From Tubulanus polymorphus (Eukaryota; Animalia; Nemertea), in NCBI RefSeq assembly GCF_964204645.1, contig NC_134029.1, positions 22,872,950 to 22,936,949 on the forward strand: a DNA stretch of 64,000 bases, read 5' to 3'. This document shows positions 40,407-53,590 of this stretch, piece after piece. Under the pieces are notes generated by a model. It had not been told where the DNA came from and did no database searches. It saw only the letters and a list, made by a program, of their open reading frames with translations. Each line of letters opens with the position of its first letter. The stretch's first letter is position 1. A program made the position numbers and the translations under genes.

Positions 40407-41315
40407 TTCGATTGAAATATTCGAGCAGTTTGAGTTTGCCTTTCTAAAGTTTATTAAATATTTGTAGAGAAAATATATAAAACTCATTTTCATTGATTGT
40501 TGGGTGATGAGAAGATACAGATTTCCTGAGGGATACTGGATGAAATGACACCATGCTACAGCCACCCTACTGAGAAGGAAATCTTGCATTCAAATGTTTC
40601 ATGACTAAAGTCACCCGAGTCAGTTTCAACACATACAATATGTTTAAACGTTTTAAGAACGGATAGTAAAGGCTTCTACCCTTCCTGCTGAGATGCCCTT
40701 ATGATGACAATTTACAAGAAAGTATTGTGAATTAAGTGTCATATTCCAAGATATCTCTTAATTTCATGTTTTACGAAATGATCAAGCATTGAGGGGCCCT
40801 AGAGCTACCCCAAAAAATCCTTACAGCGAATTTGACTTTTCTTGGATCCTTGAAATCTCCTAGATCTGTGTCATGGATTTCTGAGAGCTCATGCAAAAAA
40901 TAATGCAATATTCGGAAAGCCAGTTATATTTCTAGTTCCGTAGTGTAGGCGGCTAAAGGAAAGAACTTACGAAGGTCAACCCTGAGTCGCAGGTCGACGA
41001 ATATTATGCGTCAATCAAATAACATACACAGCCAATCAGTGTGTATGAATTCACCAAATTTGATAATTTATATTGCATTAAGTACGGCACATGATCCAAT
41101 TATCATCATGGATGAAACCTGTTAAGAGATAATGTACATCAGTGGGGGTTATCCAAGGTCTTATGAACCATTTAAGTGCATTATTTTGATCACACTGGAA
41201 AGGCTTATTTCGAGGTATATTAGCAATTGAGGCATTGCCTTTGTAAATTAATCGATGGGTTAGATGCCTTTTACAGCATTTACAAGTAGCAAAATATTCA
41301 GAAAACGGTCGAAAT

Positions 41316-41562
41316 TCGAACTTAGATGAGGAGAGAATCCCACAATGATAATAAAAAGTCCGAAAATGATACTTCGAGATAGTAGTTTATTCAACGTTTC
41401 GACTATATCCTAATAGTCATCTTCAGGAAAGATGTAGTCGAAACGTTGAATAAACTACTATCTCGAAGTATCATTTTCGGACTTTTTATTATCATTGTGG
41501 GATTCTCTCCTCATCGCGTCAACACGGATATTGTGTTTTACCTATCGTAATCGAACTTAGAT
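41316..41562. mobile_element. Penelope-like element remnant (inverted pLTR arrangement) with 12-bp flanking direct repeats
   Basis: Perfect 81-bp inverted repeat 41325-41405 / 41435-41515, then a 35-nt tail; tcgaacttagat at 41316-41327 and 41551-41562; contains a hammerhead-like motif. Confidence 0.7.
41389..41430 (-). ncRNA. Minimal type-I hammerhead ribozyme motif (PLE-associated)
   Basis: Minus strand reads uuuc-CUGAAGA-u-GACUAU-uaggau-AUAGUC-GAAA-CGUU-gaa: both catalytic boxes, a 6-bp stem II, palindromic AACGUU stem III and a 3-bp stem I (UUC/GAA). Confidence 0.6.
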
Positions 41563-44472
41563 ACAAGCACTAAATTTAAAAAGGATAACAAATTACCTTA
41601 TATAACCTTCGAGCAATACAGTTCCTGAAAGCTATTCATTTTTGGACATTTTAGAATCTGCCACCAGAGATTTATGAGTATGTCCTAGAAGCCTACATGT
41701 TTGCAGTAAATCAGCCTTATCTAAACTATACTGGTTATGACAATAATCCATATTTCAATTGTCATTAAATCTGCACAAAAATGTGACACCCAAAACAACA
41801 TGAATACGCCTATCGTCTTATGAGGATAATGAAATCTGAGTCGTACTCCTGAGAGTTGGATGATAGGCGTGTCTCGTGTCCAGGGACACTTTTATAACCG
41901 CGCGGGGCTGATTGCACATTCTACAGTGACAACTCCTCATTATGATAGATGGTTCAATTACACAATCTATTTCATCTTAGGGAATGAAAAAGGAGACTTT
42001 CTTCAATATCCCATTTCAAACCGACGAGAAACAGAATCTTTTGGATCCTTCTGATTTCAGCAAGTTGAATACGTCAAAATGAATCCAGCAGCAGAAAAGC
42101 TGAACCACTTGAACTAATCAAGGCAACAAGACGAGTATTTTTGTTTTTTATTATTATCAAAAACTAGTAATTTTATTCAACCAACTTGTTCTGTTGAAAG
42201 ATATTTTCTTCATAATACATCTAAACATCGACTGTACACAAAGAATAAATAAACTAACCCCCAGCTTAAATATACTACAGTAAGCTGTGCAGTCAAGAGG
42301 GCATTGTTATCTCATGGTTTACAAATCTTGTTTTTCGATACACATATTTACACCATCTATTTACAAAGCGTCAAAAATCTACTTTTTTCATACATACAAT
42401 ATTTACAATCTTTGTAGTCAAATGATTATTGCTGTGAAGGGTTTAAGAAACCGTAAGAAGAACAACTGAATTTACTAAATTGATTTGGGCGAACAAAAAT
42501 TTGTGAACGAAGCTTCCTGAATTCTACCTAAGACAGACTTTATACCTTGAAAGCAATTCTAAATACAATATACATTATCCAGAATACTTTTTTTTATAAA
42601 ATTTGATTTTACGTATCACTTAAAAACACCAAGTTAACAAACTTTCGAGTATCTTATTTTTCGTTTTCAATGGAAATTGTGGACAATTTTTCTTTGAGTA
42701 AAATCCGACGACGCACGCACAGACACATAGCACACACTCGCGCAAACACTCTTTATAAAACAGACAGTAAAAACAGTTTCGATTATGTACAATTCCGGGT
42801 TAATCAATGAAATGATAACCTGGTAGTTAGCGTCGCTTTTTTTTTACAACAAATCTAACTACGAGCTCTACAAAATTTGAATTATAAAAGATTTCGTTCA
42901 CAAAACCGCGGGTAAACAACATTATTTTTGAGTATATGCATTTCTTTTATACATCGAGTCTTTCTTGGGTAATTTGTATATATTATCGTCTTCACCTGAG
43001 AAGCATTACGTATAAAATATAATGTCGTTAATGTTTTGCTGCTGCCACGGAAGTTTTTTTCCATCACACAACTGTCGTTATTTCTCTTACTCTGCGTTGT
43101 CCAAGTTATCATTGTTAGGTGTATGTACCATGTGGATAATTACTGTAATTTACAAATACGCGCTCATTTATTTAACCATTTCTTACGCTCGCAAGCCGCG
43201 CGACTAGGTGGGAAAAATGTCGATGCGACAGCCTTATCAAATAGTCATCAAACATGTTGCACGACAACAATAATTTGAATCTACATAAATGGCGAATTCT
43301 TTCAACCATTAGTCGTGAAAGCATACGATACTCTGATAAAGGTAAAAGCCTAATCTATTGCAACTGGGTGATGTTTTTTTCTTCTATTTGGCATTGTTCA
43401 GCAAAAATCGGATAACTTCTAGAGTTACAGGCCACTTGATCAATAGTGAAAATATGATGAAACCATCAGTCATTTAATAAACCGTTAAACGTAATCATTT
43501 CGTTAACGTTATAAAAAGAATACGCCAAATTTTTAAATCAAAGTTAAATTAATGAATGTTTGGCTTTACTAGTATTTCAATCGGGTAATTAGGAAAATTG
43601 ATTCCGCAAAATCAAATGTAACTCATTCGTTTACGAAAATGAAACGTCAGTCAATAACGAATTGTCTCCAGGGCGAAAATAATGCTAAGAATTCGATCAT
43701 CAAAGCGAATGCGTTTTATGAACGCGTGTCGCGTTACCGAAGTTAACGCGTTATATCCACTCGCGTCGGTAAAACGTTACCTTAATTGCCGATATAAAAG
43801 GTTTCCGCCCATCGATTATACGTTTGCCACCTAGATTAGCCACGAAGGATGTCCTAACGTAATATAATACTTGAAAGAAAGCAACAATGACTAGTGGGCA
43901 AAGCGCATCTAATAAGTCGTTCAATAAGACGTATGCCCTTTTCCTCGATGGTTTAAGAACGTAATGCTTCAAAGACATTTCGTACATCCCTTCGCCACAA
44001 GGCATCGATTTCGTCTGAATTCGATTCATATTTTGCTTTTATCTGCATCCGCCCCTAAAGAACGTATATTCAATTAATTGTGCAAGGTCTACATTACAAA
44101 TTAAGTACAAAGTCGGGTAAAATTCTTGCGGGCTAAAAACGACAATCAAAGTTTACTCGTGTATACTTAACAATTCGTACAGCTTCAGTCATACAAATTT
44201 ACATTATGCTTAGTATTTTATCTTTCGTTTTTTTTCCGATCGTCATTTTTTTTTTAAATCAAAGTGATATAGCACCAGAATTTATTATTAAATCTATGCA
44301 AAGTACAAAAGCCTAATATATTTTTTGACAATCCAAGAAAGGGCGGTAAAAAATATAGAAAATGACAAACAATGTAACCTACGCGCACCTTCACCCGTCG
44401 GGGCTTCAAATCCAAATAGCAGTAGAACTCATTCATTAACTATGAATGATTATTTCAACAAATTTTTAAAAG

Positions 44473-44716
44473 CAGGGGCGGAACTAGGGTCCGATTCAGG
44501 GAGGGGTGCACCCCAAAAATAGAACATATCATATCAGCGAAAAGCACCCCGAAGAAAGATTATCAGAACTCATTTTTTTGGAAATACAGAGAAGCAGCTA
44601 ATGAATCTAAACATTTCTAGGTATCAATCAAATATTCATCACTTTCGTTTCGAAGATACTTTTTAGGAGGGGCGCACAACCGGGCCCCCCGCACCCTTCC
44701 CGTGGATCCGACCCTG
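44473..44716. mobile_element. MITE-like element in the presumed Elf 3' UTR or downstream region
   Basis: Termini caggggcggaact / ggatccgaccctg, flanked on both sides by aaaag (possible target-site duplication). Confidence 0.5.
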
Positions 44717-44800
44717 AAAAGAAAATCAGAATAACACGGAGAATTATTTTCAAACAGCTTTCAAAAATCAAAAAGATCGCGCAAATAACTTCAGCAAAGT

Positions 44801-44855
44801 AAATCGATAGATTTTATGATAATCTACCGAAAATCGATAGATTTTATGATAATCT
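44801..44855. repeat. Short tandem duplication (25-bp core, 30-bp period)
   Basis: aaatcgatagattttatgataatct occurs at 44801 and 44831. Confidence 0.85.
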
Positions 44856-45619
44856 TCTGAAAACGAAGAGTAGCAGCAAAATAAATCAGACGGTCTCTGA
44901 GGTGAAGGGCGTACACTAATGATAAACTGCTCGATAACGAGAGACAAACAACTGTCCTTACACACGATAACGCCGCACAGAATAGACGCATTCGACAGAA
45001 GATATCTTACATATAATATTTATACGTATATATAAATGCCTTTTAAAACTCGGGTCAATACAAACATCGATTGACAACTGAAAACCATCTTTCTCGAATG
45101 AACGATTATCGACTCGTTCGCGGAAACCGATCGCGAATCGGACACAATTCCAGACGTTCCGCAAAAAAAAAAAACGGAAATGAAAAACCTTTTCCATCGA
45201 GACGATCGTTTCGATTATAAATAAACCGATCGTCGATCGCTTTAACCGTAATAAGATTGCTAACAGGCACGTGCGCGTTCGGTATTCAAGCGTGTTTTCT
45301 CCAAAATATAAGATTTGATCTCGATTAAGCCATCGTCCGTAACGAAATCCGCGTCGGTTTTTCCGATCGATAATCATTTCAACTATATCTCACTCTCGAT
45401 AATTCAACAAACTAATTTCTACTTCGTAGAAAAATGGCAGCGTAATCCGAGCCATCGAATGGCTTCAGAAGTCTTTTTTCTATCTATCATCTAATTCGAT
45501 ATTACGATATGAAGAGAGCAGCACATGTCCTTATGTTGAGCACATATCGAGCATGAAGCTCTTGTCTTTGTAAATCTTTCATCCGCGACGCGAAAAACAA
45601 CGTTCCACGCAATACGCGT

Positions 45620-45724
45620 CGATATCTCGGAACGATAAACGATATCTCGAACGATAAACGATATCTCGAACGATAAACGATATCTCGAACGATAAACGAT
45701 ATCTCGAACGATAAACGATATCTC
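45620..45724. repeat. 19-bp minisatellite (cgatatctcgaacgataaa) x about 5.5
   Basis: Near-perfect head-to-tail units with no spacers, about 150 nt past the Elf stop codon. Confidence 0.95.
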
Positions 45725-45875
45725 TTCATCTTTCGGTCGGATTCCGATTTGTATTGCTTTGTTTTCGCGTGTCTTCGTACGGAATTTTCGGGCGGGATAT
45801 TTGAAATACGGGAGGACCATTTCTGTCCGGCAAATGCGGTCCAGTTCTCGTTTCATGTTCACGCGACTGCCTCGC

Positions 45876-45996
45876 TCATTGCGTCGGCGTCGGCGACGAA
45901 CATTCGATTTCGATGATGTGTTCCGGTACATGCGCGAACTGATAAACCAGTCTTTGTCCGTCGACTTTGTTCAATATCCCACGAGCGTAGTAATAC
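45876..45996 (-). CDS. Elf/E74-family ETS factor, last exon ([40 protein letters not shown])
   Basis: ETS-domain C-terminus nearly identical to E74/ELF ([20 protein letters not shown]); ttctag acceptor; TGA at 45878-45876. Confidence 0.97.
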
Positions 45997-46249
45997 CTAG
46001 AAAATACAACCGAATATCAACCATCAGTGATAATACCTAACCACTTTAAACAGATATAATACGATTTATTTTCTCCATATACATTTCATAATTAAACAAA
46101 ATAATTGGTGACCGATATGGAGAGGGACACCAGGAAAAGCTTTAAAGCTGAGCACAGCCACAAGTGCTGTGGTGCCCCAGTGAAATGAAACGTGCAAAGA
46201 TTTTTTAAAAAAATCTGACAAGCTGAAGACAAGGAGTTTGACTACTCAC

Positions 46250-46442
46250 CGTAAAGCACGGCCCATCGTTTCATAATTCATATCCGGCTTGTTTTTATGT
46301 ATACCCCATAACCGTGAGACAGACTTTGAATCGACCAGTTTGAACACTCCCTTATCGCGGTCGAGCCATTTAATGTACCGAGGACAATAGTTACTGTTCT
46401 GTAACAGTTGTAACAGAAACTCCCACAGATATGTCGTACTAC
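46250..46442 (-). CDS. Elf/E74 ETS-domain exon ([65 protein letters not shown])
   Basis: Diagnostic ELF-class ETS sequence [16 protein letters not shown]; ttgcag acceptor, gtgagt donor. Confidence 0.98.
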
Positions 46443-46982
46443 CTGCAAAATCAAATCGAAAAAAATACTCATTATTTCTAACTGAAGAAGTCGATCAGTA
46501 AAATGTCCCATTATGTTGTATGCATTCGTATCACGGACTTCTTACTATCCCTGCTGTATTATTACAACATTTTATGTTAATATATCATTTTCGTTTCATT
46601 TACGTACCACTATATCATAATTTTTTGTAATCAGAAAAACATAATAATAATAATGATAATAATAATACTTTTTTAAATACTCTTCATTTTATCGTCTGGA
46701 TTAAAAAGAAACGTCTAAGTTTCCATTTGAAATCGGAGATTAGAAACGAACACGACTTACTTTCTCGTTTGCGTTTCGGGGGTATGATCAAATCATCGGG
46801 AGCTCGAGGTTTCCGACCTGAAACAATACCGTGCATACATGGAAAATGAGAACGTTTTTGTTTAACGTTAGCATCGGGTGAATAGAAAAAAATTAAATAT
46901 CCCGATGATAATCCCTAAATGATACTCTACAACCTACATGCGAATATAATACTGAACACAGAGGAGGTTTAAATAATTCTAC

Positions 46983-47105
46983 CTTTTTTATGTTTAATTT
47001 TTTGCGCCGGTGAGGCCGGGGTCGTATGTACTTCGCACATCTGACCGACAGTTGTAGGGATGATATGAGGAGCTTGATATAAATGATCGCTGAATAAACA
47101 GTTTT
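46983..47105 (-). CDS. Elf/E74 exon 5 (ENCLFSDHLYQAPHIIPTTVGQMCEVHTTPASPAQKIKHKK)
   Basis: Long T-rich tract plus tgtag acceptor, phase 1 to 1; basic KIKHKK patch immediately before the ETS domain. Confidence 0.8.
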
Positions 47106-49413
47106 CTACAAATAAAAAAAAATAATAATAATGATAATAATAATAATAATAACTACGGTATGGATTACGAGAAAGATATTTAGAAAATTTCCACACTCGA
47201 AAATGTATTGCCACAAACATTTCTCGTTGCCTAATCAAATAACCATTGACTGTCTAATAAAAAACCTTACGTAACGCTACAGACCTAGATATCATAGAAT
47301 ACGCGCAGTAGTACACAGCCCGCCCGATCGCCCGCCCACCCCAGTGAGGTATACCCGGCCCGCGCGCCGGCACCCACTGACTTATACCCCCCCCCCCAGC
47401 GCCCGCACGCCTGCCCACGCTGATTTAAAAATACATTCCTAGCTCATTTTTATTCGATCATTTCTCTAGCTACCAACTGGATTTCTTGTATGTAAAAAAG
47501 CAAGTCCCCATAACTCATGCAATATAAGACTCGCGGTGAATGTGCGTTCAGTACAGTTGTGATATTTGACAAGCCAAAGCAGGAATTTCGACCCCAAATC
47601 ATATAAAAAAAATAGTAATGAAGCATTCGACGATTTTTATTCAATGAACACAATGAAGAGACCTCGCGCATATATTAAAACTTCAGGATATATATTTTTT
47701 TCTTTTCAAGTTGTATGTCACACGGAAATGATTTACGTCAAACTTTGCGATTATAAAACGACAGAGACATGTACAAAACGACTAAATCATATCAGATCAT
47801 TTTTCTTAAGTTCCTCGATATCGCGATCGAATTCCCTAAACGCGATACTCATTTCCAATTTCCTTGAATCGGTTACAGAATTCAAGCTTTATATCATTAC
47901 GTCGATCTAGAATTTGAGGAAGTTTTGATAAGAATTCATAGAGAAAATATCAATATTTGATGGTTTATCTAACGGAGTCACAAGTATTCTATAAATTCTA
48001 TAAAAGTTTAGTTCTGTTTAAGTATTTAATAAGGGGTGGCTGGTTTTTCGAGGGGTGGATGTGCAAATGAAAAGGGGTGGCCGCCTCTCTAGAACCTGTC
48101 GCGGAAAACAAAGAAATCTCAAGAGCGTATTGGAATTTCGACATCTAGAATTTTCCGTACAACAACAAACGCAAAATGTCCGTCAGAAAAATCCGATTCA
48201 CGTCTCGAATTACGCGGTAAAATTCGACGAGTTTTTATCGAGCGATTACGCGAGGCATTATCGCTACGTTTCATCCGGCGAGTTGAAAAAAACATTTTTC
48301 ATTTTAAGCGGTTGAACGAGGAACGAGTCTATGAATGATACATCGATAAATACGGCTCGAGTATCTTACTGAAACCTGTGACATTTTAATCCTCGTCACG
48401 AATACATACGCAATCATTGATTCCTATATGATTACGCCGTTTACGTGCGCGTCTGTGCACCCTTCCCTGCCCCACAGCCATACGATAAATTAGAAGGACG
48501 GTATTTGAGAAGCTACCCCCACACGCACACGCACACGCGATATCATTTCCATTATGTAACTTTGATGTCGGAATTCACCCTCGTCGGTATTTAGTGGCAA
48601 AACACAGTCGTCTATTATTAGTAAACATTCGTTAGAAACGAAATCAGACGATTCTTCATGTAAATGACATCTCCCAGGGCACTTCATCATTCTCTAAATG
48701 AAGAACGAAGATATTTTTCTTTTCCAATCGATTTTGATACATAACAGCCCGCCAATTACGCAGCCCCGTTATTGAAACTATTCAAAACATTCACCTACAC
48801 ATTACATCTTCTATTTCTATCGAGAAATCAATTTTCACGAATTAAAAGAATTATCACAATTTCCTACAGCAATTACCGGTAAATAAACCTTTGAAATTGT
48901 ATCAGACAAATCATGATTAAAATTTTTTTTTTATGTCTGATTTTAAAATAATCTTATTGGATCACCGATGAAGCTATCTTTATTTGGCATGTATGACTTG
49001 ACAAGAAAAATCGCGTATATTTATCAATTTACACCTTTGAAATTATACCGATTGCCTGTGGCCCAAACAAACATGAAACGTGGGTTATCCTACTTCCTAT
49101 TAGATAAATTACTGTTTTCTGATCGGACTATATTTAAATTATCGATTAACAACACAAGGATGCATATGTAGCAGTGTTTTCCTCGTGCCTTGGAACCAGT
49201 CGCTCGGTCGCGACTTTAAACAAAAATTCCCGTTGAAACTCGAAGGTGTCTATATTTACTAGATCTGACAGACGCCGACAGTTAGCGAGCGCGTTGTGAG
49301 CTAGGATTAGTCGGACAGTGTTACTGGCACATGAGAGCGAGGTTCCACCTGAGCCGTGGAAGAGGAATGTGGAACCTCCGAGAAGGATGTTATGGCCCGG
49401 GTATTAAACGTAC

Positions 49414-49500
49414 CTGGTCTCATGGCTATATGAGTTGGAGATGGTGGCAGGTGCGACAGTTGTGGATGACTGGGGTATGGAAGACCAATAGCATTCATTG
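49414..49500 (-). CDS. Elf/E74 exon 4 (AMNAIGLPYPSHPQLSHLPPSPTHIAMRP)
   Basis: ttttcag acceptor, CAG|gtacgt donor, phase 1 to 1, Pro/His-rich. Confidence 0.78.
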
Positions 49501-49657
49501 CTGAAAATGAATAATACTTGATTAATACGTACTGAGATTCAAAGAATGGTTACTTTTTATTATAAATGCCCTAAATTTTCCGCGATTTTTGCAAGATGGT
49601 TCCGATTTCCAGGCAGCGGCAACACCCTAATTTAGGAGAGAAGCGCAAAATATTTAC

Positions 49658-49735
49658 CATGTAATCGCACTTTGGTCTCATCACTGCTATCTAGATCTGA
49701 CACTCCACTATCGGCTGGACTCGGTGGTAATGATC
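49658..49735 (-). CDS. Elf/E74 exon 3 (GSLPPSPADSGVSDLDSSDETKVRLH)
   Basis: tttgtag acceptor, gtaaat donor; LP-x-SPADSGVSD motif known from insect E74. Confidence 0.9.
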
Positions 49736-51179
49736 CTACAAAACACGAAATTAAAATACACGTGAAATATGTCGACAAATCATTCAGTCACAAAGTTAAG
49801 AGACAAAGTTAAAAGACCGCATCGTCGTCTTATGATCGCTAGCTGGAAAAAATGAACATTTTAGGGGATGTTTTCGGCTGATCGATGTTGCTGATATCAT
49901 CCGATTAAGAAAAAAAAACATTAGTCTTTCATCATCCCGAATCGCGGAGACTATTTCAGCCAGACTCGTTACGTAACGACGAACGCAAAGACAGGAATCA
50001 GAGACAGGAACCTCGATCAAACAAACACCGGTCTCAACGATGATTAAAAAAAAAACGAACAAAGAAACGAAACCGTTACAATCGCGTGAAATCATCATCT
50101 CCAACGGTTACTGCTCGTTTCAACTGAACACCGCTCGAAACGCTCGGAAATTCCGTCGGATGATCAGATGATCATTCGAAACATAAAGCGACTTGAAACA
50201 CGCGAATGTTTCAATTGATATCAGTATTAGAAGCGCGGTCGCAAACGACTTGCCACATTCAGCTAATAAAAACAGACGCAATGCTTTTCTTTGACCTGAA
50301 TTCACCGGCAATCACCTGAACCAGCGCAACGGACGACTTGCTGGATACATTGGAATGAAAATAATAAATCACCGAACGTTAAAAAGAAAAAAAAAGAAAA
50401 TATAGATGAACTCAACGTCTAGTGGTATGAGATGCTCCTTGAAGAGCCGTTCAATGAAAATCAGAGACGTTTTCAAACACGACTCGAAGTGTGATCGCTA
50501 ATTACTGACAACGCACGCAACTTTCTAAAGACATCGTCGTGTTTCAGTGAAGTGCCATTTACACTTTCTTCAAAATCAAAGAAATAAATCTACAAACGCT
50601 GCATTGAAGGCGAAGTTTCGGAAAGTCTTTTCGAGTTTAGAACGGACAATGACTCGTGGTGCCATCAGCTATTCCGCTAGATCGCATGCGCGCCATTAGA
50701 ACAGCTTCATCAAAATGTAATCAATTTTCTATCAATTTCCATCAAGATCCTTTGCCTCCCACATAAAACATTAGGCAATCGGTTCACCGTTTATAAACGC
50801 AAATTTTATCAATTCTTATCTGAAAAGACAACCAGCATCATTGTACTAATGTGCAACAGCGACACCTGGTGGATCCTCACTTTCCACAAGCGGAATCCTC
50901 GTTCGCTACATTAGAATCCTCATTCTTGCTCCTGAGGACAACGTTCGAGGATTCAAGATTCAGGACTATATATAATAAGACTGGTGGCACCCCTCGCGCC
51001 CCCAAACTGCGACGACAATTCGACCGACTAAGCTTTTCAAGATTGTTTCACGAGAAATGATCAAGATTCGACGTCATCCTTTTCATCCGCCTAAACATCG
51101 AAAACCCATTTTCCGATTACATCTTCTTGAATCGTTCATTAAAATCAGGGCCGGGGACTTGTTGCGTTTATGGATCCCG

Positions 51180-51181
<2 letters not shown>

Positions 51182-51235
<54 letters not shown>
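51182..51235. repeat. (CAG)18 microsatellite in an Elf intron (CUG repeat in the pre-mRNA)
   Basis: Perfect trinucleotide run. Confidence 0.98.
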
Positions 51236-51238
<3 letters not shown>

Positions 51239-53590
51239 AGACAAAGTGAACAAAAGACTCTCAGGAAACACGTCAGTACCTACAAACAATAATCCAACCA
51301 ACTCCACCCGGCCGCCTTTAATCAATCCCGCCCTTTATTGAAAAATTTAAAAAAAACAAAACAATGCGCAGCAGCGAACGAATCAATCCGTGAAAAAAAC
51401 AGATGCAGCCTCGAAAAATTGCATAGATATGATGGGGATGAGGAAGCATCTCTCTCTATCTCCAGCATCATCGGAGTAAAGTATCAAATATCAATTTTTT
51501 GTAGCCGCCGGCGACGTTTCTCATATTGATAATGACAGGAAGGAAACAATAGTAATTTCAACGACTCACGTGTCGAACGTACGCCACACAAACACACGAC
51601 ACAACGACAAAGGTAAAAATACTAACTGTATTTCTTTGTCTTTTTTTCGTATGCTAGGAAAGAAAAACCGCGCAATCCGTTTATTCGGTCGGAATCTTCG
51701 TACCTTCGACGGCCGAGACCGAAGAATCCGTAGTCATTTCTCGTTCGCCTGTGCAAAACTTCCGTTGAGAAATGTCCGATTTTGAATTTAGGCTTTCTTT
51801 GAGTCGTAAAGTAAATAGGTTGAGAGAGCGTGTGCCATCGTGATCGCCGTGTGACCGCGCACACGCCACTTAGCATAGCAACACATACACACTACAACAG
51901 GTACTATAGACGCGGTGTTTACTCGACTGAGACAAGCGGGAAGTTGACTCACGCAGCAGACGCGCTAGATGTCTGACGGGAACCGACAATAACACCTGTC
52001 GCACGACGACCACGTCCATTAAATACCTCAACACAAATAAAAGATGCGAATAAAAATATGAAAAGGTCGTAGCAACTGGGTTATCAAGCATTTTCCTCCG
52101 AATTGATCCAAAGACAGGAAAGCAAAAAAAAGATTTCTTTCAGAAAAAATCATGACGAGCTTTGAAAAATGTTTTCATACGAAGATCATTTAATGAATAC
52201 ATACAGGGGTTTCAACATCACGAGCGACTTTAATAATCGTGTTGTTTCTTTGTTTCGTTTGCGTGTGTGAGAGATCGCTTGACGCCGTCGTCACGACGAT
52301 CAAACAATAGAATTCATCCGATTTTCATCGACCGAAAAACTTTAAACTCGTTTGAAAAAGTTTTCGTGAAAAGAAAAAAAAAACGCGAAAAAAAGGTTAA
52401 CACGACGACTAACATACGCAATAAAGCGTCATCAGATTTCAGCTCGGCGCGAAAAAAAAAACAAAGAGCGCACGCGGCCAATTAGTTACAGGTACATCTG
52501 AATTTGACACTTTGAACGATTCATCATCACACGCTGCTTTCCGACCAATTATAATCATACATGTAATAATTAGTCGCAATCAGTTCCAACTGGATTCGTA
52601 TTTACAGACGGTCGGTCGATCCGAGCGAACTGAACGCCGCGCCTTTTTTTCACCTTTATCATTATACAAAAGGTTACATATTCGCGGAGGCGGGAACATG
52701 CAGCGTCCTAGTCGCCGGGCGCGGAACGCGTTCCTTTCATCAGGGGCGATACCCGCCGCGACGTGGAAGTCACCTCCCGATATAATCGCCACGGATAATG
52801 AATGAACGTTTGCCACGATCTGTATTCGTCTGCTGTTGTTGTTACGACGCTCATTATTAACGTCAGACGACGACTACGCGGAAGTGAAATATTGCGAGTC
52901 AATGAACGGAATTATCGATAGATAGAGCAAAAAATTCAAACGTAATTCTTGAATTTCGATTTTCAAACAAACACTACCGTCATGTACACGATATTTTACG
53001 AGTCGTATCAGACTACTATTCTTTACAAAAATTCTTTAGAAATATCAGGAAATTTTGGATTCGTCTCGACGTAAGGTTCCATGCGCCGCCAAAAATTAAT
53101 ATTTCCCGACTTTCCCGCCCGGTTTTCTGTGATCCGTTAGAACCCAGAATCGTAATCAGTATGCACAACTTACAGGATGATTAGAAGAAGCACGAAGACT
53201 CAACGACACGTGCGCGCGACCAATTTTTCACCGGTAACTGATAATCCTCGGCGACCGGAAACTCGGTGAGGTGAAGGCCACGCGGAGACGATGGCAGACA
53301 ATCAGCGATACAACTGATTACTGAACATCATCATTCAGTTCGGACGGATATTATTTCCTGTAGAAAATTGCCTAGTTTTTATGCCTTATTACGGTACAAC
53401 GCGCTGCGTACGACTATAATGACGAAACCTATTAGCTATCTCATCTCACTAAATACTATATCAGGGCAATGCTTTCAACGGAATAAAGTCCCTTTATTCT
53501 TTTCCGTGCCTACGTGACCCCTTCATGTATGCGATTCATTTCGAACCGGGGAGGGAGAGATAGAAGTTTAAGGGTTGAACGATGTCATAC

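Noticed and set aside
45491-45931. 146-aa ORF with a repeated RLSFEISFIVRDIVYRS and a CRISPR-like appearance
   Set aside because: It is out of frame with the ETS exon and comes from a spacer-less 19-bp minisatellite; not CRISPR, and the context is eukaryotic.
51057-51341. Poly-Ser and poly-Leu ORFs
   Set aside because: Artefacts of an intronic (CAG)18 repeat, with no supporting splice sites or homology.
53174-53357. Exon-like segment on the minus strand (ctacag acceptor, gtaagt donor) in Elf intron 2
   Set aside because: Stops in all three frames; at most a non-coding or poison exon, with no supporting evidence.
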